Part shown: positions 22,933 to 34,003 of the stretch, piece after piece
Layout of the letters: each line of letters begins with the position of its first letter
Numbering within the stretch: position 1 is the stretch's first letter
Source: Nemertoderma westbladi
Lineage: Eukaryota; Animalia; Xenacoelomorpha
Assembly: GCA_032718475.1 (NCBI GenBank)
Contig: JAUCBJ010006936.1
Coordinates: 1 to 34,003 of the forward strand
DNA length: 34,003 bases
Reading direction: 5' to 3'
Translations under genes and position numbers: made by a program
The notes under the pieces: model-generated
Told to the model about the DNA's origin: nothing
The model's database searches: none
The model's input: the letters and a program-made list of their open reading frames with translations, nothing else

Positions 22933-23377
22933 GTGCCCGTTTCCGTGCTGCCTTTTTATCTGAGGTATTCTGAGCTTTCTTTTGAGCTGTTTTTATAGTT
23001 TTTTTAAGCTTTTTTTTTCTAGCTTTATTTAGCTTTTTTTCAAGCTTTTTTTGAGCGTTCTTTCAAGCTTGTTATGCCTTTTCTATCGTTTAGTTGAAAT
23101 GAAGATAAAATATGAATTTTCTAGAATTTCATAATTATGATAATCGACCTAGCTTTTTTTGAGCTGTTTTTCAAGCTTTTTTGAGCTTTTTTTCGAGCTT
23201 TTTATTGAGCTTTTTTTCAAGCTTTATTGTAAGCTTTTTTTGGAGCTTTATTCTATATTTTAGGTTTTAACATTCCAAAATTCCCAGATTCATCTTGAAG
23301 CAATGAATTTCTAGAAATTGTTTTATCTAAAAAAAAACTTGAATTAAAGCTGAAAAAAGCAGCGCGGAAACGGGCCT
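22933..23377. mobile_element. PIF/Harbinger-like MITE
   Basis: TIRs GCCCGTTTCCGTGCTGCCTTTT and AAAAAGCAGCGCGGAAACGGGC. The interior is built from AGCTTTTTT repeats. Confidence 0.72.
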
Positions 23378-25217
23378 TTATAGGCTTTGGTTGAAGGGTC
23401 CAGTTTGCCTACCGGTGATCGTAAGTTCTTTGTAACTCTGAGATACTTTATTCTAGAATAGCAAAACTGCACAAGTTTACACCTGGGATTTAAGGTCGCA
23501 CATAGGATATACACTACAGCATGTTTGCATCTAGAATCTAATTTAGGATCTAGGATCTTAGTTCGCACCTAGAATCTCAGTTTACATCTAGGTTCAAAAT
23601 TTGAGTCAAGGATCTAAGATTCTCATCTATGCTCATCTCGGATCTATGCCTCAGACTTAGTTCTACGTTGGTGACTATGATATTTGTTTGCATAAAAGGA
23701 TCTAAGTTCCCGTGCCAGTTAAGGATCTAAGATCGCTCGAAGTGCAGTACTTTGCGCGTATGTATGCCAGTCTATCTTTAGGTTGTTTCGTAATTGACTT
23801 TGATTTTCGCGAGATTATCCGCATCTTCAAGGCCAGCGTCGTCCTTTAAGAGGCCTCTCAAAACAGTCGTGGGCTGTCCGCAATGCTATTTCTTTCCATG
23901 ATGCCCAAGTGCAAGATTGTGCACAATGCTAGAACTCACGGCCATAATTAATTAAACATTAACTTTCTACTGTAGAATATATTTTTAATAGAAAGATAAC
24001 AAACCAATTAAGATGCGATTTCATGGTGACTGTAAAGTGGTTTGTTTTTCTATCAGGTTATATTGGAGGTGTATAATATTAGCAGTTTATGGGAAGCTGT
24101 TTGTCTCAGATAAGGTAATAATAAAAAGGGGCGTGTTATATAGGACACTACCCTCTTATTATCAATGGGAGAAGAAGATAACATAACGCAACGTAACCCG
24201 TATCCTACAGTGCGAGCACAATAATATATGGATGTTTAAACACCGCTTAACAGCGGGCCACAATCACACCGTATTATTAGTTTATCATATAAGTTACACG
24301 CCACGCCCTTACGAAATGGACAGAGCGCACTATGTGTTACTCATGTAGTAGTTCCTACTGCGCTGTTTTGATGAACAAGATAAAAGAAGCTTTCCAAGGT
24401 TGGCTTTAGTGTGATTTTTCTCTGAAACATTAACAATGGATTATATACTTGTAAGAAAATTTTTACAGGCACGTTGCCATGACAGCCCCAATGGGCGTTA
24501 CCTTGCTGTCATACTGTTTGCTGATTCACGGCTTCCGAGGTGGGGTGCCTTTCCTGTCCTTCTAACAACCCCCTACCACCCTTCAGCTTTCTTAATTCAT
24601 TCGCAAACAAATTCAAACACCGTACATGGCAAACACACCGGTAACTGGCGCGTTAACCACATAAAATTAAGAACCTTTTATTTTATTATTTACTTACACG
24701 TATTATATTTACTTCATAAAGTTTTATTTAATGACAGTAAGCTGAACTCTAATAAACTTATTTTGCAAAGATTTTCTGTTTATTTTTGGAATAAGAAATA
24801 TCTTAACAATTCTGTAAAATAAATTCTGAATATTAATTTCTCCATTGAGTGGTAAGTATCTCTTTATTTGAATACAGTAGGAATCCATTTTGTAATAAAA
24901 ATACTAACGCATTCTACTCAACAAAAAACCATGTAATTAAATTTGATAATATAGTTTTAACACACCGTCAAATAAAATTACCTTTTATTATACAACAAAA
25001 ATTGAAACTTTTTAATTTAGTTTAGGTTTATCATTAATTAGGTAGCTCATAAATAATTATATATATTTACTTTTCTGCACCCCAAGTAGGCCCTACTATA
25101 ATGATGCGAAAGGATAACAATCATAGTTAGACACGTTTTTATAAATATATACTATGGTGGTGTTAATTAAGCCATTAAATATTTGTTATAGTACATTATG
25201 ATAATGCTCTCCATAGC

Positions 25218-25325
25218 GAAAAAAATCAACCACATCTGTTGGGGCTCGAACCCGGTACCTAGGTTTCAAACTTCTGGTTATCATCAGCCGGGTGTGTGTC
25301 CTAAGACCACGGACTACTAGGGCGG
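25218..25325 (-). pseudogene. tRNA-like relic / SINE head related to 58-135
   Basis: Minus strand: TAGTCCGTGGTCTTAGG (A-box-like) ... TTTGAAACCTAGGTACCGGGTTCGAGCCCC ... TTTTTT. Shares TTTGAA..TAGGTACCG.GTTC with 58-135. Confidence 0.45.
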
Positions 25326-25625
25326 TAGAAGATTTATTCGCTATGGAGTGGGCTATCATATTTAGGCCTTTTACAGTCACTCATAGGAAAGTACAACGTC
25401 ATTCCCATGCTCTGCCAGAATGGCAACCACGCCTCAAAGAATAACGATCGGTTTATACCTCCTCACCATCACCATCTAATATTTTTCACTCAAGAACTAT
25501 GGCGATTGCCAGGATAAATGCGATCGAGGATGAGGAATGAACTTTAAATATCCTGGTTGAGAGAACATTGTCATGATTTCATGAATTAGACGTTTATGGA
25601 GTTTATTAGCAACAATGTGGTTTAA

Positions 25626-26945
25626 CCCTATTAAACCCGGGGGGGGGGGGGGGGGGTCAATATGAACCCCCGTGTTTTTTTTGTTATAACTCTGAAACAA
25701 ACCCAGATGGGAATCTGAAATTTTATTACATTTCCTAAAAATCTGTTGTGTTCCTAATAGTGAAAACGGTTTTTGAAAAAAATATTGGGAAGTTTTCGAG
25801 TTATAGCACCATATTTTAACCCTACATTTTTTGAGAGGTTTTTTTTAAAATATTAAACTGTTTTTGATTTACACCGGTTTTTTGGTGTTGGCAATTTGGT
25901 GCAATTCATATAAAATAAGCAAAAAATTTCATACTTTTTTTGGCGGGTCTGGTGCAAATTTTGGTGCCAGCACCAAATGTTGAAATTTGTCAATTTTGGT
26001 AAATTGCTTGTTTGAGCCAGTGTACAGTATAAACGCAATAGGGGATTTTTGGGGTTCTGGTTTTGATGGAATATAATATGTATATTAGTTGCATCAGGCA
26101 TATCAAACTTGTATTTTGTATGTATTGATTGATTGTGACAACTTTCTCGCGTTTTAGATGTTTATGGCGTTTCTGAATTCACTGGAATAAATAATTATCT
26201 AACTAGACATCTCAAACTTGTATTTTTCGGAAGTGGGAGCAAAATTTATTGATAGCACTAAATTTTGAAACCCATCAAATATATCAATTGATTGTGTCAC
26301 CTTTCTTGCGTTATACAGGTTTATGAGGGTTCTGAATTCAATGGAATAAGTAAAAATCGCATAAGAGTTTTCAAACTTGTATTTTTCGCCGGTGGGTGAA
26401 AAGTTTTGTGCCAGCACCAAATTTTTGAAAATAGGCAAATTGATCAATAGATAGTATCATCTTTGTTTCTTGATTTATACGGGTTTATGAGGGTCCTGAA
26501 TCCGATGGAATCAATAAAAACAGCACTGGACATCGCAAACTTGTACTTTTTGGTGATGGGTACCAAATTTGTTGCTAGAACCAAAATTTGCCAAATTACT
26601 CCGAAAAATACGAGTAGCAATGATCTGGAAAATTATAAATGTGTTCCATTAGAATCAGCGCCCCAGAAATCGGAATATGTGAAAAAAAACAAAATGTTTT
26701 GTGTTCAAACTAAAGAGTGGTTACTTGTTTTTTTTATTTTTTGTGGAAAATTATAACTTTCAAATTTTTTGAAAATTGTTCACTACTTGAAATTTTGCCA
26801 ATAAACGTCCCCAGTAAATTTATTTAGAAATTTTCTTCAGACGAGTAAAATCTACGTACAAACAAAAAATCATAAAACTTGAGATTTTAGATGGGGGGGG
26901 GGGGGGGGGGGGGGGTTGATTCATTATAACCCCCTCCCCTGTATT
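25626..26945. mobile_element. TTAA-targeting (piggyBac-like) non-autonomous element, right end degraded
   Basis: TTAA|CCCT left end followed by a G-run/CCCCC hairpin, with a similar G-run/CCCCC structure at about 26893-26940. Internal repeats anchored on CAAACTTGTA.TTT (about 26104, 26213, 26372, 26536). No AGGG|TTAA end was found. Confidence 0.5.
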
Positions 26946-27399
26946 TATACAACATTTTATAGCCCTGTACTTTTTGAATTGCCCAGGTGTAGAGGTCTGA
27001 TCAGAAAATCATTGCTGGAGTCACCGTCGTGGTATGGTGGGTTTTAGTGCCGGTTTTTCTGGCGGCAACATGCCAACCCACCGATTTGAATGTTAGACCA
27101 GTTTCACAGTTTGTTGTCATAATTGAAAGACTCTTCCTTCCAGTATATGTGAAATATGATACACAATATACCAGAGGCTAAAATGTAAATATATCTTAAT
27201 GTTAAGGTGCTTTATGTACAGGTTGTGTTTTTCATTGCTAGATGAAAAAAATGGTCTTAAATTATATCAAATTTTGAATTCACCAAATCTGAATTACATC
27301 ACTGATATATTTCATCTCAAATCTTAATTACATCTCTTGTCTATTACTGTTGAATAGATTACGAACAATTATTGTTATATTTACAAACTAACCAAAGCA

Positions 27400-27690
27400 A
27401 TAAACCTTTATTTCATATGAGAACAATTTGCACTATAGATCACTTTTTCAATTGCGATTGACGTGAGCTACAATGACTATTTGTCAGACGAGTGATGTAA
27501 GGTCATTGATAAGCAAGCATATGGAATCTGATTAGTGAAAAGGTGAAAACAATCTTCTGGCAATACTCCACGAGGCTGTATAATTAAATTTGAGAATATT
27601 TCCCCATCAAAGCCTTTCCTTACTTTGCTATTTAGAAACGATTTAATTAGATTGTAGAGTCTCCTTACAGTAGGTCCTGTTTTTGTACCA
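27400..27690 (-). pseudogene. highly degenerate LINE RT fragment
   Basis: LYNLIKSFLNSKVRKGFDGEIFSNLIIQPRGVLPEDC resembles the RT region leading to GVPQG. The YADD region appears frameshifted and decayed. Confidence 0.5.
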
Positions 27691-28455
27691 GTGCATAATA
27701 TAATATTGTTTATGTTTGAGTGAATATCGTTTATCCCGCCCGTATGTATATTATTAAATTCATTAATACACATTGTGTACAAACATACTGTGTACCAGCA
27801 ATACTGTATATCTGCTATCTACGTGACACTGTTGATGACGTGATTTAGCATTGAATCAGTTTTATTATAAATATATTGACAGTAGTGTTTTTATGTATTT
27901 TCAAGGTGCATATACATATTAATTAGTATGCAGACATAGATTTTTAGCTGAATGAAGTAAATTAATAAATAGTATTATTATGTTTTTATTACTTTTTGGG
28001 CCGTCTCTCTCTGCTAGAATGTTATTTTATTTGTATACCCTACTCTACTTTCCTGATTGATGTTGTACTGAGTGGCATGGCAAACGGAAAGGAAGAAGCG
28101 ATTATTGGTGATTTGCTTTTATTGTCTCAAAAAATTGGAACAATTGAGGAATAATTATTTCATTGATCTAATTGAATGCTGTGTAATTGGTCTTCACTTC
28201 TCTCAGTAGTACTTTCTGGATACACAGAGTGAATAAATAAGATCAAAAGAAAATTCACTGCTAGACGCTCATTGTTATGCAGGATGTTGTGAAAGCCGGC
28301 CTACTCGGTATATCATATGATGAATGGACTTAATGTATGGTATAGAATTACGTGGTGGGTGCTAATGAAGCAAATCCCATCTGGTCTCGACGCCATAGCA
28401 ATTTAACTACCTTCAGCCAGTTCTCTGGCTGAAGTTCTAAACCTATTAATTGCAC

Positions 28456-28482
28456 AATGAATGAATGAATGAATGAATGAAT
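28456..28482. repeat. (GAAT)n microsatellite
   Basis: Directly visible, about 6 units. Confidence 0.9.
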
Positions 28483-29818
28483 TACCTTTGTTAGTGATCA
28501 ATTAAGGGGAATGAGCATGCTTTTCTAACCATATCTTTAAAAGACGTGAGTCAAAAGGACAGGATACGGTTTCATTAATTATTATTGTAAGCGGGTATTA
28601 GCTGTTATTAGCTTATATATAAATTATACGTAAAGTTTGCGAGTTTAGTGAGTGGGTCATGTCGTAAATATAGTGTAGACTACTCCATTTCTGAGAGAGT
28701 AATCATTTTGAGATTATAGGGTGGAGGGTGGACTGGACATGGACACACCACATCAGCCCCATTTCTCTTAATTTTCCTGGTGAACTCAACAATTGTTACA
28801 CACAGACGAAGAAGATGCTTCGTATGATCTTTTTGCAAATGCGAATAACACCAAATTTCTAACATTTTGAACATTGAGTGATCGATAATATATTTGATTT
28901 GGTATTTCCGTTAATGGATTTGGAGGTCTGTAAATCCGGTGATCTCTAAGTGTTAAATATTGATACATCAAAGGGCAACAAGACAAATCCTGTTGTCTCA
29001 CACTTTGGCCCCCCAAAATTTGTGTGGTTGGTGTACTAGTGATCATACTAAAGATTTTTGTGAGAAGTCAGAGGATTATTGCTGTCTAGGAACTACTGCT
29101 TTACCTAGGAGTTTACTCGCAGAAAATTATTCCCAAAAAGATGAAGTTTTCTTTATCTCTAGTGTATTCCTCTAAGTTTGCAGACACTAAAATCGGCCAT
29201 GATGATGGTATAGTATCTTCCTAAGTCACGTGTTATTAATGCCGTTCCTACAATATTGCTCTCATTTGGTACATTTGTTACACATTGAATGTTGACATTA
29301 TCATATCTGGTAGGCATTGTTATATTTTGACGGCTGAAGCAATTAATATTTCCATTAACGTGGCTTTCACTGCATCCCGACCCCATATGCACACAATACA
29401 ACAGGCAATTGATTCTCATCGATCAAATATATCTTCTCATCTCATTGTCATTGTTCATTGCAGTGGGTTGGGAGCTTACAGGGCAACAAGGCTTACATAT
29501 TATATTAATGTGGGATTTGACCAGATTGGACGTGGTTTATGGGCGATTAAATCGAAGGTCGCAAAACGTGGAAGAGGAAGAACAATCACTAATGGAAGTC
29601 AAAAATGTAAATTCGCTAGGATTTCTCCATCTCCCTATTCAGACGTTAAATACATTTACCTATTCCGCAGTTAATGTGACAGTTAATTAATTATTCATTT
29701 GTGTGCTTGTTCTAGATCCCTGTCCATTCTTTGCTTATTGTTCCATGCACGTGCATATAGGTCCATTCGATTTATATTCTTTTGTTGAATGTAATTGCAT
29801 TTTTAATTTGAATACTTA

Positions 29819-30066
29819 GGCCTTCCACACACTAGAGATGCGAGATGAAAAACGTACACAAGCAAGATGCAAAAAAGACATCCCCGATGTTCTATTTTTG
29901 CATCTTGCAACTCGAATTATAGAATACATGGTAGACTATGGGCGGCCGTACACTAGAGATGCATGATAAATTCTTTGAAATATACATTAAAATAAATAAA
30001 TAACATAAAAGCTATCAAAATATAAAATAAAATGCGGTATCTTGCATCTCTAGTGTGCGGCGGGCC
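29819..30066. mobile_element. PIF/Harbinger-like MITE
   Basis: TIRs GGCCTTCCACACACTAGAGATGCGAGAT and ATCTTGCATCTCTAGTGTGCGGCGGGCC, flanked by TTA and TAA. A third internal TIR copy lies at about 29941-29965. Confidence 0.75.
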
Positions 30067-30802
30067 TAAAGGTTAAATGTGCTGATACTCTATATATAGA
30101 CTGCGCAAGCAACTTGTCCAATAGGGGGTGGACTGAACTGACTATATCCTATCTACTTGCTCGAATGTAGATTCAGGTTATAAATAATATAAAATAGAAA
30201 TAAATTTATCCTAGATTCAGGTGTTTAGTTTACCGGATTTACCTTACGTCAGTGTGGCTCTGCTGCCTGCATATCAGCCGCTAGGTAAGTCTCATTTATA
30301 TTTGACTGATTTCAGTGGATCAATTATACTGCCTGATTACAAAGGATTGCTTCCCACATGTTTTCCGTCACCACATTAAATAACCTGGTAAAATCAGTGC
30401 ACTAAATATAAATGAGAATTAATTAGATAATAACATATAAATTAATTATATGGAATGTTCCGATTTTTTACAATAAATTAGCCAAATAGTACAGTAAAAT
30501 AAATAATGTAAATTAAAATCCATAATTGAATACACTATGCATGAGAAAACATGAGATATAAGAAAATAACTTTTTAGCTAATTTCTGAACTAAATGCTAA
30601 ACTAAATTTAAAACAAAAACCTAAAATACTGAACTAAATGAAACGAAACTAAATGAAAATTTAAATTTATACTGTGTATACTGTAACAACAAATAAGTAA
30701 TAAATTCTGTAATGGGTCAATGTGAAGTAATTAAAACAATAGTAAAGGGAATGAATGAGGTTCCATGAACATTTACAACAGTGGACCTTCGGGTACTGCC
30801 CA

Positions 30803-30925
30803 ATTGATGAAACAGAGAGACACCTCAAAGCAAGAATCTGTGAACACTTTGGGGTTCTCACTTCAACAGGAAAAGCATCAGCCTCCCCGAAACACTCCAC
30901 TGTACGAGAACACGTCCTAGACGAG
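30803..30925 (+). pseudogene. Penelope-like element GIY-YIG endonuclease fragment
   Basis: Translates IDETERHLKARICEHFGVLTSTGKASASPKHSTVREH, matching the PLE pattern (Y)IGET.RHLK.RI.EH.G....TGK....P..S.+REH. It lies in a 59-aa ORF (30755-30934) absent from the supplied track. Confidence 0.72.
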
Positions 30926-33134
30926 GTAGTATAATTATTACGACCTAGTAATTAAAGAAAGTCTCATTATCTCCCGCGCCGCCACACAGACACACCGTAC
31001 TCTACACAGCAAATAAATGTTCACGGAACTTCATTCCATTTACTAATACTATAGCTACTACACATTGGCCCGCCCTATCTACTAATTGTATTAATTAATT
31101 ATCACGTGTTACATTATATAGACGTATCAATTTAGTTGTCTGATTTCATTGATTTTAATGTGCACTCACAAGTTTACTTAGTTCAGTATAATGTGATGTA
31201 AATGGCTCTTTATTATCTTAGGCCTATAGTATTGTTTTTCACATATTTTGCAGTATTTTCAATTTCTGATTTTAATTTAAACATGTAGTAACTATTTAAT
31301 GTAGTATTTGATTGATGATGATTTATTTTAATAAATATGAACGTTCCATATAATTAACTAACTAAATAACAATGGGGGCGATATACAAAAAAAGTGGCCA
31401 AACCAGAGTCATTTTTTGGGAAAAAATAAAGTTTCTCAAAACCCAACATATGATATATATTCTGAAAGCTCAGAGTCCGTAGAAGTCAATGCGAGTATTG
31501 GCCGACCTTAAATATGATCTGTAAAAAACATATACTATGTAATGAGAGCCTGTTTACAGGCGGTTATAGGTGGGGGGACGTTTTATGGTACGACTGACAC
31601 TGCCAAAAACACATTATAAATGATGCGTGACGACATTATACATCAAATGAAAGCATTTTTAAGGAGGATTTCAGAACTGTTATTGTTTTACCGAGGTACC
31701 AATTATATTTGCGATTCCATCAGCTTTAACGTTGGTTACAGGAGGGGACAGTTTATGGTTTTCCCTCCCGATCTGAAGCTCTTGAAACCCACATATCTTC
31801 AAAAGTTTTTGATGAATTTGTATAATTGTTTTTGTTATATTGCTCCTATGTCAATTTTTTTTATCGCTGTTGTTATAATAATTTTTCTACGATATCGTTA
31901 TCGTTACCTTCTCGGAGTTAATAAGTAATACATACCCTCTACTACAATATCAGTGTATCACTCCAACGCATATCCTTCTGTTGTCACTGTTCTATGGCTG
32001 TTACACGCCTATAATGTTTGATTATTCGCACTGCATACAATGGTAAAGTGATACACAGCCTAGTAATTAACATTATTCTGTCATATTATCTGATCCCTCA
32101 TTGATTGATGAGTTCCCGAAGTTGACTGCTAACTCAGTTTGTTTCTAAGACAACCAGTGTTCTGTCATTATTATACCCTCCATCAACTGTCACTGTATCC
32201 TAATGAGCACTGAGTGGGGTCAATGTGGATATAACACCTGTGATTGAAATAGAGTACACCAGAGGCAAAATTATCGCAGAGTGATTATCAAAACCTGAGA
32301 AAATCAGTTGACCTACTGTAAGTTTGCTTTTCTTTCGGCTATTTTTATGCATTATTTATATTTTACGTCAACTTCTCATATGGCTCAATGTTTTGATAGT
32401 TAGTTAGTAATAATCCTGTGATATTAATATATACAAGCATAGCATAGAATTTAACAGTGGCGGGAAATTTAAAACCTTCAGGTATATGTGTTTCGTGCTG
32501 TTCAGTTAACGGTTGTATTGATTGATTGATTGATTTTATTTTATTCCAAATAATAATAATAATAATTGTATAACAGAAATGTAACAGCACAAACATGTAC
32601 ATTAAGTTTATTGTATTTAAAATTATTATTATTTTAGATAGATTAAATATATGGTTTATATCACTAGCAAGGCGGAAAAGAAATACAAAGATTAAAATAT
32701 TCATTATTGTGTTGAAACTGAAAGATTACGAACAAAACGAAAATTGCGAAAAAAAACGAACTAAGTGAAAATGGATTTGTTAAAAATACATTAAATTATT
32801 ATTATCAGTTTATATTATGTTATCTGATCGAAAATATGTTTTTTCAGCTTTTTTACATAGATCGGAAATGATTTTATTTTTATGTTCCTAATAGATGAAT
32901 CCAAGTTGTTCCAAAGATATGGGCCCTGAAATTTTAGAGTTTGATGAGATACTTGCAGTCTTATTGATGGTAGGTGAAAATTACCCGAGGAAGCTGAACG
33001 TGTGTTATAAGAATGTAGCCTGCTGTAGAAGTTGAAGTTCTTATAAATCTCTCTCTCTTATAAATAATGCATGTTTAATTCAACCCTTTCTCTACTTCCT
33101 ATTCCTTATTGTACCGCTGTGAATATTACTAGTA

Positions 33135-33423
33135 ATACATACATACATACATACATACATACATACATACATACATAGCATACATACATCACATACATAC
33201 ATACATACATACATACATACATACATACATACATACATACATACATCATAACATACATACATACATACATACATACATACATACATACATACATACATAC
33301 ATACATACATACATACATACATACATACATACATACATACATACATACATACATACATACATACACACATACATACATACATACATACATACATACATAC
33401 ATACATACATACATACATACTAC
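33135..33423. repeat. (ATAC)n microsatellite, about 290 bp
   Basis: Directly visible, with a few interruptions. Confidence 0.98.
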
Positions 33424-33949
33424 TGTACAAATAATACTATTACTATTGTATGCATGATCGTCTCTATGCACTGATGGTACACCTCCTCTGGAAGTGAATA
33501 AGAAACAAAGTCTCCTAAATAACTTGGTCCTAAATGTTCAAATAAATTTTAATTATTGAATTTCTCAAATGTATAATAACAGAGAAATAAAAATTAAAGG
33601 AAACCTTTAAAAAAATAAACGTCTCGTCCAAAAATGTGTTTTAATATTATGTTTTATTGTTATTTAGTCAAAAAAAAAATATTAATTATTCAAATTATTC
33701 AAATTATTATTTTTTTTTATTTTTATTATTATTATTATTTTTATTTTATTTATTCTTATTTTTTCTTTATTTAGTTGAAATATTAGAAAAATGGTAAATT
33801 ATATTTGAATTATTGCACTTCTTAAGGGAATTAATTCATATTACTCCAAGTTCTTTGTTAATCAATTACCTACCCGGGTGGGAGTACTTGTCTCCCAAAG
33901 GGATGTGATCATGTATAATATAAAGCTATGCCTTCCTTATTGGGATGGG

Positions 33950-34002
33950 AGTACTCTGCGTTGATACCACTGCTTAAAGCAGTGGTATCAACGCAGAGTA
34001 CT
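33950..34002. other. library adapter artefact: inverted pair of SMART/PacBio ultra-low-input primer AAGCAGTGGTATCAACGCAGAGTACT
   Basis: Exact reverse complement at 33950-33975 and exact forward copy at 33977-34002. Confidence 0.97.
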
Positions 34003-34003
34003 C

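Noticed and set aside
58-25325. Functional tRNA genes at 58-135, 1725-1800, 14090-14165, 15008-15090 and 25218-25325
   Set aside because: A and B boxes are present, but acceptor and anticodon stems do not pair. Treated as SINE or pseudo-tRNA sequence.
28680-29690. Cluster of 64-129 aa ORFs as a possible gene
   Set aside because: No recognisable motifs or consistent splice structure. It could be decayed TE sequence and needs a BLASTX search.
31370-31830. Possible DNA-transposon relic (CATCAAATGAAAGC-type motifs)
   Set aside because: No TIRs or TSD could be identified, so the evidence is too weak to call.
33092-33471. MYVC-repeat ORFs
   Set aside because: Translations of the (ATAC)n microsatellite.

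Overview
AT-rich eukaryotic (probably invertebrate) genomic DNA. It contains two convergent spliced genes. On the + strand is the 3' part of an SLC45-family sugar/H+ symporter (5 exons visible, 735-3537). On the - strand is a complete NFX1/shuttle craft-like gene (3 coding exons, 16196->6818, about 875 aa; RING/PHD finger, NF-X1 zinc fingers, R3H domain). Both genes carry a 33-34 bp minisatellite anchored on a functional exon boundary: the SLC45 array reiterates a 5' splice donor, and the NFX1 array reiterates the last 10 codons plus the stop. Introns and the roughly 17 kb stretch without a recognisable host gene (16.3-34 kb) hold many TE relics: hAT-type MITEs (one nested in an older copy of itself), Harbinger-like MITEs, tRNA-derived SINEs, LINE RT fragments, a Penelope-like GIY-YIG fragment and microsatellites. 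The window ends in an inverted pair of SMART/PacBio ultra-low-input amplification adapters, which is an artefact. Most long ORFs in the supplied track are repeat-derived or GC-shadow ORFs. All calls are from manual reading; no searches were run.
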